This document shows, in pieces, positions 1-11,130 of a stretch of 64,000 nucleotides of DNA. The position numbers and the translations under genes were made by a program. The stretch is from NCBI GenBank assembly GCA_030704615.1, contig CM060734.1:4464001-4528000 (forward strand). Reading direction: 5' to 3'. Position 1 is the first letter of the stretch. Each line of letters starts with the position of its first letter. The DNA is from Takakia lepidozioides. Taxonomy: Eukaryota > Plantae > Bryophyta. The notes beneath the pieces were generated by a model that saw only the letters and a list, made by a program, of their open reading frames with translations, was not told the origin of the DNA and searched no databases.

Positions 1-479
1 GGACAGCTCACGTAGGGCTCCGCCAGATTCTCTTTGAACACATACGAGCCATGCCCACTTCCCATGCTGGTTTCCAGGTTATCATATGAAGACTTTGCAT
101 TTAGGACAAACACATACATTTTGTTCACGGAACCAGGGCAATTGCACATGCCATTCATTATAAGCGTCTATCTATGAATTGAAATAAAGTGTGTCAATCA
201 TTCCGAGCTCAAATCTGCCATATTTTCATATTCCTCTTTTTATGCAGGCATTGCAGACATGGTGCATGGTGGCCCCCTTTGTTTTGTCCACGGTAATAGG
301 CCCTCTTCCTGCAATCCTCGCCTATAGGACCTGCTTCTCCAGCAGATTTGTGCCGCTCACGCTTCCCTGAAGCGTGAGCTCAACTCACGCTTTGCAGCTA
401 CAACGTGAGCTCAGCTCCCAGGCTCACGGGGCTGGGCTCACGCCGTAGCTACGCTGGCTTGGGAGAAGCATGGACACGC

Positions 480-1310
480 GATGACTTTCTCCTCGAGCAA
501 GATATCTGGAACCTCGCTAGAAAACGAGCCTAACAGACCTTCAAAAAACACGTTGATGATGCACAATCTGTCTGTATGTGGAAAGATCAAAACCCGGACT
601 CGGTCTTCTTGTACCATGAGGAATCATTGGCGCCCACATTTTAACATTTTGATGGAGATTTGATCTTCACCATTGGGATTCAGACGCTATGGCAACGGCA
701 GAAGATGTTGGACTTGGGCGATGAGCGCATCGTAGCTTGCGATGCTACATTTGGAACTAACCATCACAAGGTCTGCCGTGGACCCTCTCCACGGGGTTCT
801 GGGAATATGATAGTGTAGTACATTGTCTGTCAGTCTCCCACTACTGTTGTGGGATGCCTTTTCGTCCTCAATCCCAACAGACCCAACTGTGGTAGACCCT
901 GTTCCAGTAGACCCTGTGCAAATAGACCATGTGCCAGTACACACTGTTACAATAGACCTTGTGCGTGTACACCTTGTTACAATAAACCCTGTCGGTAGGA
1001 TCATAATTGTGTTTATGCAGGGCAAAAAGTATAAAAGTTTGGATCCGTTGGTCCACTGTCCTCACTGGTCAGCTAATTGTGAATTGTCATTTCATGCAGT
1101 TCCCCTTGTACACGTTAATGGTGTTTGACCAATGGTTGAACGGAATTCCGGTTGCACACATATTGTCAGCATGTAATCGAACATTAGACCTCATCCTGTG
1201 GATGTCAGCATTGCATGATTCCCTCCTTGCAAAAATGCCCAGCTGGCGCCCGAATGCCTTCATTGTGGACGACGTTGAAGCAGAAATCAATGCAATCCGC
1301 TATGCCAGAG
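480..1310 (+). pseudogene. MULE-type (SWIM-family) transposase fragment with an intron at 771-1099
   Basis: Spliced translation reads DDAQSVCMWK...FTIGIQTLWQRQKML...ACDATFGTNHHK|FPLYTLMVFD...GIPVA...AFIVDDVEAEINAIR. This carries the first and second catalytic Asp motifs of MULE transposases. GT at 771 and AG at 1098-1099 join the exons in frame. Confidence 0.75.
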
Positions 1311-3129
1311 ATTTCAGTGTGCTCTATGGTCTGCTATATGGTCTGTTGTATGGTCTGACATGATGCCTGCCTGCTGGTCTGCCCAGTGTGATCTCCCATT
1401 TGTGCGACATAGTGTGGTCGGGTATATTCCTGTGAAAACAGACCTGCACGGACCACATAGTCAGAAGGGCGTGGACCAGGCATCCGTTCTCCCTCGAAAC
1501 TGTTGGCAGATATGGGAGACCTTATGTACTGCAGAGGTGGATCTCAAAAAGAAGACGAGGCTGTCAAATGGGTTAAGAAAAAATTGAAGACAATTACCTA
1601 AGTCCCGATACCTTGCCCCTTTGGTTTTTGTACACATGTTTTATCCAAAACAAGGGGTGGGTAAACACTAAAAGTCTGATATAAGATTTCCTGATTGTTA
1701 CTTCATGACAATCATTAGGGCGACTATCTCTTGTTCCCTACGGCATACTGATGTGACAATGGAGCAATGATATGACAAGCTGATGGCTTTAAAGAGATCT
1801 GGTAACATGCTACAATGTAGGGCAGACCTGTTTTCATGACCAGACAGTGTTCTTGAATGTACAAGCATTGGAAACTTAGCCTCTTTTAGAAGCTGGTTAC
1901 TTTAGGACACTTGATACCATGCCGAACTGATATGGATGGATCTTTTGTGGCCAAATCTGGTCCTTGGTTATATGCCCTTGAATGTTTACCTATTTTCCAA
2001 AACGGCAAGACATTGGTAGATGTGAAGAGAATGATTCAGGCATTGTATTCGAGTTGCTTTAGGATAAATAATACCAAAGTAACCTACAGGCCTGATGGGA
2101 TGAGCAATTCAGATTCTTTGTGTTTCCTATGGATGATTGCATGGCATGTAAATCTGATTACAGCCCGTTATGGTAATGATTTCCCTACCGCAGACATAGA
2201 ACTTGGTCTTGGGGCATGGAATAAGAGGTGGGAATATTACTCTACCCTGTCATCGAAGTTACACACCAGCCCCAGATCTAAAACAGATCATGGGGCAAAA
2301 AACACGGTGTCAGTAAAGTGACTTGATGTGCAAAATAGGGCAGCTGATTACACCCTGTTGCCAAATATCAGTCCGTAACCCTGCTTTGGTGATGTTCTTT
2401 TATGTAAAGAAATGCTCTTATTTTGTTCTTAAGCCTTCTATGATCATAAATGGCTTCTTTAAGACAAACGACATTTCCAGCCATGAACAGTGATCAATGG
2501 ATCTTTATTTGGACATGGATACTTACTGCTCAGTCACTTTGGTATGTGCGATGATACAAAAGAACCCAAAACTATACTAGTTTTTGGGCCAAACGATAAA
2601 TTAGGATGGTTGGTTATGCCTTGGTATGTAAGTTGACCAAAAAATACAGACCTGAATGACATGGCATGTCATGAATGGCACTTTTTTAGCATGCTGAAAC
2701 GGTTTCCCTGCTTGAACAGTGGTAATCGAGTCTCTAATTTTTCCCAACCCCCCCACCCAGAGACTTCGTTGACTTTGAGTCTGGGATTTGTCATAAAGCT
2801 CTTGTGAATGAAGAATGGTTGATAATGACGATTTGTCGAATGTCTCGACGGACATAAGATCTTCCCTCTCATTTAGACCAGTACTTGGTGGTTCTTGTAC
2901 ACATTATGACCCATTCCCTTCTGTTTTCAGTTTTATGTTTTGTTTTACTTAACACCTTGTCTGAGCATGACAAAGGTTATCACATATGTTCCTGATTGAA
3001 ATGAATGAACCCAAGGCAATGGGAAGGCCAAAGCCATGAATGAGTCAGCCTCCTCTCTCCCGCCATGACCACGGTGTGGAGCAAGCAAGTCCTTCATAAG
3101 GTAAGATCTTCTCCAGCAAATATAGGTTG

Positions 3130-3800
3130 GCTAATTGGGCATGGAGAGTAAGGCATCCTTGAAGGTACCTGAGATAAGCATAGAACATCTATAGGGCTTC
3201 TGAATGCTGAAATTTTGAGCTAGGCCTTGGTAAGACAGGCTTGCTGGAGTAGACGTGTATACATGCTTATACATGATCCGGTCAATGCACAGTTTCAAAG
3301 GTTTTGACAATGTCAACCAATGAAGTCACCACTGCACCTTTACTAGTCTTCAGCGCTTGTACTTGCTGACCGTTTTTCGGCTTGTACAAACGTTGAAGGG
3401 CCAACCAGCATTTCTTGTCATTACCACCATGGTGGTTTGAGTTTATTTCACTGTATAACTTGTCCCAGTATAATTTCTTCTGAGACCTAACAAGCTGATT
3501 GATATCTTTACGGAGCTGGTAGTACCTCGCCCACAATTCTCTGTTGGTTTTCAAATTGCAGCACTCTTTATAGAGGGCTCGTCTCTCAGCTATCTTGAGT
3601 TTAATCTCATTGGTCCACCAATTAACATCTCTACCGCAGACAATTAGTTTCCTCCCAATGATCTTGTCAGCCATAGAGGAAACGAAACTCTCCCAAGAGT
3701 CCACTGCTCTTTCGACTTCATTTCTTGCGTTGTCAGAGCGAGACTGAATCGTGTTCAAGAACAGCCGTAATTGGCCCACTGTTTACAATTTGAGATCTCA
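3130..3800 (-). mobile_element. Non-LTR retrotransposon (LINE) ORF2 fragment, endonuclease-RT linker
   Basis: ORF 3282..3779 contains NWWTNEIK..IAERRALYK...YYQLRK...VRSQKKLYW...KKCW, typical of the region between APE and RT. No catalytic motifs are retained. Confidence 0.6.
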
Positions 3801-3914
3801 TTTCTACAATGTGTCTGTCCATATGAATATACCAGAGTCAGCGATATCAGAGTCCTGAGGTGAGGAAATCCATGTATGAGTTAAAGGAAACATGTACACG
3901 CCGAAGCTCAGAAC

Positions 3915-4345
3915 TTCGGCACCGCATTTCATTTTTCTCCATGCAACGATTTCTGGCAGCTCCCTTTCCTCCGTTGTCGTCGTAACAGAAATGTTGTACA
4001 ACATTTCATTTCCTGACATGGCATTACCATACTTCGAATTGGAAATGCGGCGCCACATTTCCATATTGGACCTTGAATTCCGAGCATGTCCAGTCGCTAA
4101 TGCTTGTCCATGTCCATACATGAAATGCGGCACCACATTTCCATGTCCGTCATCGAAATTTCGTTCCGGACAATGAAATGCGGCACCGCATTTCCGGAGA
4201 GCAAAATGGAATGCGGTGCCGCATTTCCGTCAAAGGGTCTGGAATTGGACAAACAACGATGTCCGTTCTGGAAATGCGGCACCACATTTCCATGTCCGTC
4301 ATCAAAATTTTGTATTGGACAATGGAATGCGGTGCCGCATTTCCA
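3915..4345. repeat. Cluster of palindromic GGAAATGCGGCACCGCATTTCC-type repeats
   Basis: About seven imperfect copies (e.g. near 4041, 4122, 4175, 4208, 4270, 4324). A further copy lies in an intron at ~21152-21172. Confidence 0.8.
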
Positions 4346-4519
4346 TCTTTTGGTGTCTGTATGGACATGCCTGTTGGCAGCCAAGAATGGTGGAATGGTG
4401 TCAACAGCTTATACCTGACGAAGGGGGACTGTTCGGGACAAATGGTAATCCTCCATTCCGATAAAGGGTAGCATTCTTCTCTTGTCTGCTTCATTTCATT
4501 TTTCTGTTCACCCATCCGG

Positions 4520-4983
4520 AATTGAGTGCGTCAACGCACTCAATTCTGAAGGGGTGAAGTTGCACTACTTGGATTCGAATGTCTATTTGAGAAAGTCGAA
4601 TGGAACACCATGGAGAGGGGCGAAGGAGAAGAGTCCAACTTTTATTCAAACTGTTATTGAGACACGTTCCCATCCGGGGGCGTGCATCGTCAACCTGACT
4701 CTTGGAACGGGTTTGATATCTCTCCTTCTGTGGTCTTTTTTCCCTTAATACACAATTTGTAACATCTTAGTAACACAACTGTGTCTTGCAGGAGCTTCGT
4801 ACCATGCTTGCAAGGCAGCGGGCCGACATTTGTTGGGTATGGAAGGGGATGCAGCCATTTTTACTGAGCCTCCAAGAGTTGCAAGGGCCAATGACTGTCG
4901 CCAAAGAGCAAGAGGCTGTAGTGCATGTCGATATCAATGAGGGAGACGACAAGGACCTCGACGACGATTTCACATGTGAGTAA
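4520..4983 (+). pseudogene. C-terminal exons of a beta-class amino (N4C/N6A) DNA methyltransferase-like protein
   Basis: Spliced translation PWRGAKEKSPTFIQTVIETRSHPGACIVNLTLGTG|ASYHACKAAGRHLLGMEGD matches the N6_N4_Mtase pattern KP..l...li...S.pGd.vlD.f.GsG.t..aa...gR...g.E.d. A phase-1 GT-AG intron (~4711-4791) is in the same position as in the copy at ~45650. Confidence 0.65.
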
Positions 4984-5076
4984 GTTTGTTTGGTGTTCGC
5001 TTCCCAGTTATAGCATGTGCACCACCCCCCCCCCCCCCCGCAATGCCTTTCACATTAGCTAATGCAATACATGTAA

Positions 5077-7088
5077 TCTCACTGGGTTTGCGCTGGAAGT
5101 CTTGCAAACTTCGCAGCTTCTCTGTCCGTACACCTTGGTAGTTCCTCCGCAACTCCTGGAAGAACTCCACCACCGGGTTGAATCTAGGCACATGTGTTGT
5201 ATTAGTGGCAGGAGGAGTAGTAGCACCTTTTGAACTGGTACCACCTACATAAGTACCAGCACTACTTGCTCCACTACTAGTGCTGGCAGTGGGAGCTATT
5301 GGTACTGATGCAGCTACTGGTCGCGTCGTGCCTCGAGTAATGGAGACGTAGTCAGGTGACCAATACATCCTCCACTCCTCAATCTCTGCTTCATGTCCTC
5401 GCCTGAACTCGTGGTAATCGTCCATAGGCGGCCTTCCAAATGCTGGAACAGTCCCTTCCACGCCATGAATGGGGTGAATAGCTGTGGATTGCGCATCTGC
5501 TGTGCAATCACAACCAGCTGTCGAACTCCTGGATAAAGTCATCCAACTCGATTGTGCCACAGCTCCAGAGTACCCTACGAGGCCCCTTGGTAGCTCCATA
5601 CATCTCCTCCATGTCGTCCCACAACAATGGCGAATGAAAGTGCACACCTGTTGATGAAGCCTCCGAGTCTGTGTCTGACTCTACAGTATTGAGGGTGGCG
5701 GTGAAGGTGGTCTGAACCGAATACCTCGTCTTGTGAACCCACTCTCACTGTTACTCGCCTGTAGCCGTACTCCCCTCAAAACCCTTGGGTAACTTCCGTA
5801 ATGACACTCCAATGTGCACATCCTCCACATAAGGCTCTAGTACTAATCTAATAGTGACACGGGTGGGCACCTGTTGCAGTCTAAGGGTCATATCCCAATG
5901 GCTCAGGGCACCTGCACCTGCATCCACCGCAAGAACTCCTATGGTTGGCTGGTCATCAACCCAGCCTCACCATAGAAGAAACACTGGTGGTCTTGCTGGT
6001 CATCACTCCAGCCTCACCACCGACAGCATACTCTAGGATTGACCGGTGATCAAATCCGGCCTAATCCCTATGAAAGCAAGCGCCCACAACAAACCAACAT
6101 GGCGCACAGTCAAGCATGCAGGTGTTGGGGGGGATCCAAACACAAGAAATCAAAACATCAACACCCCCACACCAAAATCCAGCTGCAATGCTGATCCTGC
6201 AGAATATCCCAGCCCAAAACCCCGGATTGACTGGCCTCCACCAAGAGAGGCTTTGGCAACTACGAGTACAAGGTAATGAAAATAGTACAGAGATGGAGGG
6301 AAGAATAGAAGCCCGCCCAAGCAAGATCTAATCCTGATCTATGCTATCAACTTCCAGACTTCTCTCAAAGTGCCTCGCTCTGCGTGATGGTAAGGTGTAG
6401 GAGGTATATCTATGTCCAGAAACCTGCCACTAACCTTGTCCCAAGCTACAATAGCTCGCTCTAACCAACCCTCCTCCTCTTTCTGCCAGGTAGAGACAAA
6501 GCAATACTCCCCTATCTCCCGCTCACTGAACACTAAAGAAAACAAAGGTAGGGTCTGATGGTCTCTCAACTCGAAAGCTTTGAGACGGTTGCGGGTGTCC
6601 TCATTGCGAATGACTGCATCTCCTTCACGCACAACAAACATGTCATTGCTGATGAACCCCCGCTCGTGGTTGCCCTGTGCAGAGCGTATCCGGCTGCAAC
6701 CATGTCTGATTGCACAAACTTGTGTAGCTCCTGCTCCTCTGCTCCAGTACACCACGGCCTTGTGACTGAACACCTTGGTCCCCGGGGCTGTCTTTGGCTG
6801 TGTTCCAAGCCTAGCTTTCACCCACTTTGGTATTTCACCTACAGCTGCAGAACTGCTGGCTCCAACAGAGTTCTGACTGTCCAAGGCGATATTGAGGCCC
6901 TCAATGCCAACTACAGCAGTCTGTTGTCTACTGCTAATGCCTGACTCCCAGTATGCAATCAACTCGTCCAACTGTTCTCCACTCAAATCAGTCTGAGTTC
7001 CTTGGGGAACATAAATCCTGTCCCCTTGTGTGCACAGACTAAGAGAAGAGACCTGCCCTTCAATTACGTCCTCATTTCCCCCAGCCAT
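5077..7088 (-). pseudogene. 5' ORF / gag N-terminal region of the DNMT-gypsy element
   Basis: ORFs 6339..7088 and 4970..5647. EFFQELRRNYQGVRTEKLRSLQDFQRKPSE is retrotransposon-gag-like and joins in frame to the gag at 22038. Confidence 0.7.
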
Positions 7089-7949
7089 GCAAGGAGTACA
7101 TCCACCAATTTGTCTCTCATATAGACCAGCACAGGTTCTAGAGACATGATTGTGGATCTTTCATGGCACACTCACACTCTAAAAATTCCATAGATTTTTA
7201 GCAGAGTCCCCAAAACAGAAACCAAGTTTAGATAGGTAGATTTCCCTTTTCTGCAGCTATCCCCCCAAAAACTGGGTCAAACAGAGTCCATTTGACAAAG
7301 ATATCATGAATTTGGCTCCAAATCATTCAAATTAGATTAAAAAGGGTTTTTTTTATTATTATTTTTTTAAAAAGGTTTTCAAGTTTAAAAATTCAAAGTT
7401 ACACCCAAAATATCTGGTAACTGGTTCCCGGTTCCCTAAGTTCTATATGGCATCCTAGGTTCCCTGGCCACGTGCCTGCTGTTCCCCTCCATTTCATTTG
7501 AGTTCAACAGCTCACCATGCTTTGGAATCCCAACCGTCTTCTACCACAAACCGTGGTGACGATGGAGGTCGTGAAGCGATTCTTCCCAGTGAACCCTCGA
7601 GAGATGAGTCCCCTGCGCACTTGATATACACTCTCTTAATAGAGATCAAAATCAGCAAGGAGACACCATTGACGACACCCAGAGATCAGAGACAAGTACT
7701 TGCGCAGTTCGGAGGCCACAGCATCCCCTCTGGACACTGAGTGGGGAATAGCTGCTACACAGCAGCTCAGTCTATCGTCAGCTCCTATACCTACTAGCTT
7801 CCTGCCCCTGCCCCTCCTTCTTCACAACAAGATTGACCGTGGATATGCAGAGAGGTGGTCTGCCTGGGATCACCATGAAATTGCACAGATCGGGAATATC
7901 TGGTCGGCATCAGCACTATAGTGCCAGGGCACATAAACCAGATTGTAGA

Positions 7950-8580
7950 ACAGCCAGAGGAAATGCAGGTTATGCCAGCATCATCCAGACCATCCCTGCA
8001 TCTTGGATATGAATCCTCCAGCAGGGGCCGTTGCCTCCATTGCCCGACACTTGGGTTACATGCTCAGCCAGACCTAATCAGGTCATTTCCGTGACAGATT
8101 TCAGCGGCATTCAAATCATGGCCTCGCTATGCACTGCTGCCCTCAATCAAACATCCTGCAAAGCTGTCACACACGATGCAAAGCTGGCTGTCTTTCTCTG
8201 GCAGATCGCACATAGAATTCTAAAGGTAGGGCGTTGGCTTCAATTCACCCGTGCACTGCTCTGCTTATGCTGCTCGCTTGGGGTTTCAGAATCTCTGGAA
8301 CACTGCCTACTGCCATGCAACATACCTTCAAAATTTGGCCCAAAATTCACTGGCTGCTCGGACACTGGCATGACCAAACCTCTTTAACTCCAATCAGCCT
8401 GCTACTGAATTACGATCCCATCACCAAGCAAAATCTATCCCAATGCCCAGTTGAGCTGCCAGTCTCGCATTCACTTTCCCCACCAAGGCAGCTGCAGTAC
8501 ACTGACTGTCTTAGCTCCCTCCATGACAACCTCCCACATTTGGGCAAGTTCAGCTTCACGGACCTCCCAGCGACTTAGCA
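7950..8580 (+). mobile_element. L1-type LINE C-terminal fragment (zf-RVT-like)
   Basis: FLWQIAHRILKVG...CLCCSLGVSESLEHCLLPC resembles the CxxC...E...H...C zinc-binding region that follows L1 RT; degraded. Confidence 0.55.
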
Positions 8581-9689
8581 GCTGCTTCAGGTCATGGTCC
8601 TAGCTAGCGCATGCTGGGCTGCAACCAGTTGCAGGTCCTTATCATGTAGAAACCCCTTCACTGCTCTCTTTCCATCTCCTGACGCCATGCTCCATCCTCC
8701 AGCCACTTCACTTGTTTCAGGCACCCAGGTCCCTATGGGCAGGTCACATGCTCCTGTGCCAGCCAGAACAGTGACATTCGACCCCTTCGTCTTCAGGAAC
8801 AAGCTGGTAGCTTCCTTGATGTCATCAGTTTCCTGGACACTTAAACGGCAGTATGGTCGCCACCTCTGATTGAGGCAGTAGTGGTGACGAAAGGAGAAGG
8901 GAACACAGGGAAAGAGCGAGGAAAATAAGGGCGGAGAACTGCTCATGTCAAAAGGTCAAAGCCAAAGAGGTCAAAACATTGTGCGAAGGGGGACTGTGTT
9001 TCTGCTGCCCTCTCCCACTTCAGCGCAACATTCAGCGTCCAGAGAGTGAAGTCCCTCTTTAAGGTAGACCTCCACGGTAAAGAAGATGAAATGCCCGCCA
9101 CTTTCTATCAGCTTTCTGTCTTCGCATATGACTCCTATCCCAAAGTGCAGGCCTGTCGTGCGGACCTCAATCCAGACCAGCTTCCATTCGATCCACTCGC
9201 TTCCACCACACAGCTGAAGTCATCCAGTTTGAGCCGCATATCAACAGCCTGAACGGGCTGTTCCCCCTGCTGTAGAGATACTCGAGCGACCAAGAGCCGC
9301 CACCATCAACCAGACCCTTGCCTCCACAGCCGCTAGCTCTACCTGGACTCCCATTCACTGCTGCCCCATTCGCTGCTCCCATTCACCGCAGCGGGCTCTA
9401 TGGGGCCTTGACATCACACCACCAGCTGCCATCGACATATCCTCCGCAGACGGGCGACGCCCTTACAGTGGAAGCACACCTCGCCAATGCCAACAGAAAT
9501 ATGGGCAGACCACCATTACTCTCTCTTCTACCACACCATTGCGACTGAAGATGTGAGACGAACTCAAGCTAGAGCCGTTCTATGCTCATTGCTTGAGCTG
9601 CGTACAAGACCATGACCATCTATATTATAATAGTGCTTAAAAAAAAACAAAAACATCATATCTAGCTTAGCACTGGAAAACTAGATAGA

Positions 9690-9705
9690 GCTCATCTCTC
9701 TCGAG
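9690..9705 (-). promoter_or_regulatory. Putative self-priming primer-binding site
   Basis: CTCGAGAGAGATGAGC directly follows ...TTGGTTATCA and is the exact reverse complement of a 16-mer inside the repeat (9911-9896; also 29118-29133). No tRNA-type TGG PBS is seen. Confidence 0.65.
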
Positions 9706-10061
9706 TGATAACCAAACTAGAAAAGGACACACACTCTCAACACAAGAAATATGCAATCCCTCAACATCACTCTTAAGATAATAGTCGAGCCAGGGGCACC
9801 CCAAGCTATGGGGACTCCATCCCACAACAACCTACACGCCCATCATAAGCACACTCAGATCTGAAGAATGCAGGAGCTCGGTCGCGCAGGCTCAACTCGA
9901 GAGAGATGAGCCGCGCGACTGCCGCTCTCGTGAAGATAAGACGGATCAGGTGTCAAACTAAACTTGACACCTGATTTAACACTTGACCTAAATCCAAGGG
10001 TTAAATACAAATAACTAGTTTTATTCTAGCTGTTTTCACACTGTGCTTATTTAACTTGACA
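9706..10061 (-). repeat. Terminal repeat A1 (plus ATCA) of the DNMT-gypsy element
   Basis: 9710-10061 is the reverse complement of 28968-29320, with about 6 differences in ~352 bp by eye. Confidence 0.9.
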
Positions 10062-11130
10062 TCTTGTTCTTGCTCTCCGCCTGATCTCCTCTCATGCATG
10101 ACCAAGAAGCGCTCCCCGTGAAGTGATCCCCTTCCCGTTGCCGCTCTCCTAATCTACCCGCAAGCTGTTCTAACCACCTAACTAACTAACCGTCACCCCT
10201 GAAGTAACACGTTCCCTCTGTGACTGGATGTGCGACGTTGTGGCGGGCTGTGTAAAGCTGTGTCGGGCTGTGACTGGCTGTGTCGGGATGTGTAAAGCTG
10301 TGCCGGGCTGTCCAGTTAATCATTCATTCATTTCACAGCTTCACTCATGTCTCTCTACACAGTGTGATTGTATCGAATAAGTATCAGATTATGATTTATC
10401 AGGTATCAGGCCAATGCCATGGTGACTCTAATCTGCCCTATAGTATCACTACAGTTTTGCATGTAATAAGCATCTACTGTTCATATTTCCTCCTTCTCTG
10501 TGCTCTTGTTCTTGCTCTCCGCCTGATCTCCTCTTCTCCATGACCAAGAAGCGCTCCCTGTGAAGTGATCCGCTTTCCGTTGCCGCTCTCCTTATCTGCC
10601 CGCAAGCTGTTCTAACCACCTAACTAACTAACCGTCATCCCTGAAGTAACACGTTCTCTCTGCAGACGTCGTTCCCTCACAGTCGTTCCTTGTCAATGAT
10701 AACTGTTTCCCATGTACTATGACAGGCTGTGTCAAGCTGTACAGAGCTGTGATTGGCTGTGTAAAGCTGTGTTGGGCTGTGACTGGCTGTGCGAAGCTGT
10801 GTCGGGCTGTGTCGGGCTGTGCAAAGCTGTGGCGGTTGTGACTGGCTGTGACGGGATGTGTGAAGCTGTATGAAACTGTGGCGGGCTGTGTAAAGCTGTG
10901 TGGAGCTGTGTCGGGCTGTGTAAAGTTGTGGCGGCTGTGACTGGCTGTGACGGGCTGTATGAAGCTGTGCGGGGCTGTGTCGGGCTATGTAAAGCTGTGT
11001 CGGGATGTGTAACCCCCCTAAAGCCTGCTGCTGCCACCCCTAAGGCTCCTGTTGGTCTCAGTCTGCGCAAAAATTAAGGGTACCCCACAGAACCCGTAAA
11101 AGCGTCTAAGTTCCAAGCAGCCCTCTAACA
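10062..11130 (-). repeat. Family A LTR, 5' part (target of the DNMT-gypsy insertion), with an internal duplication and a GCTGTG-based minisatellite
   Basis: Begins TGTTAGAGGG at 11130 like the intact LTR at 34112-33065 and continues at 29403-29824. 10062-10220 duplicates 10504-10660. The minisatellite spans ~10720-11010. Confidence 0.85.

Larger units (their letters stand above)
5077..10061 (-). mobile_element. 5' half of the DNMT-encoding Ty3/gypsy element, separated from its 3' half by an inversion
   Basis: Starts TGTCAAG at 10061. Its gag frame ends ...FQRKPSE-A at 5077 and continues exactly at 22038 (GC CTG CGA GAG, giving ESLREAY). It shares the 4-bp TSD AAGA with 29403-29406. Confidence 0.85.

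Noticed and set aside
823-1128. PVDPV-repeat ORF
   Set aside because: It is a degenerate minisatellite inside the 771-1099 intron of the MULE fragment.
10732-11070. HSPTQ-repeat ORFs (also 33607-34052) resembling an RNA polymerase II CTD-like protein
   Set aside because: They are translations of the LTR minisatellite.
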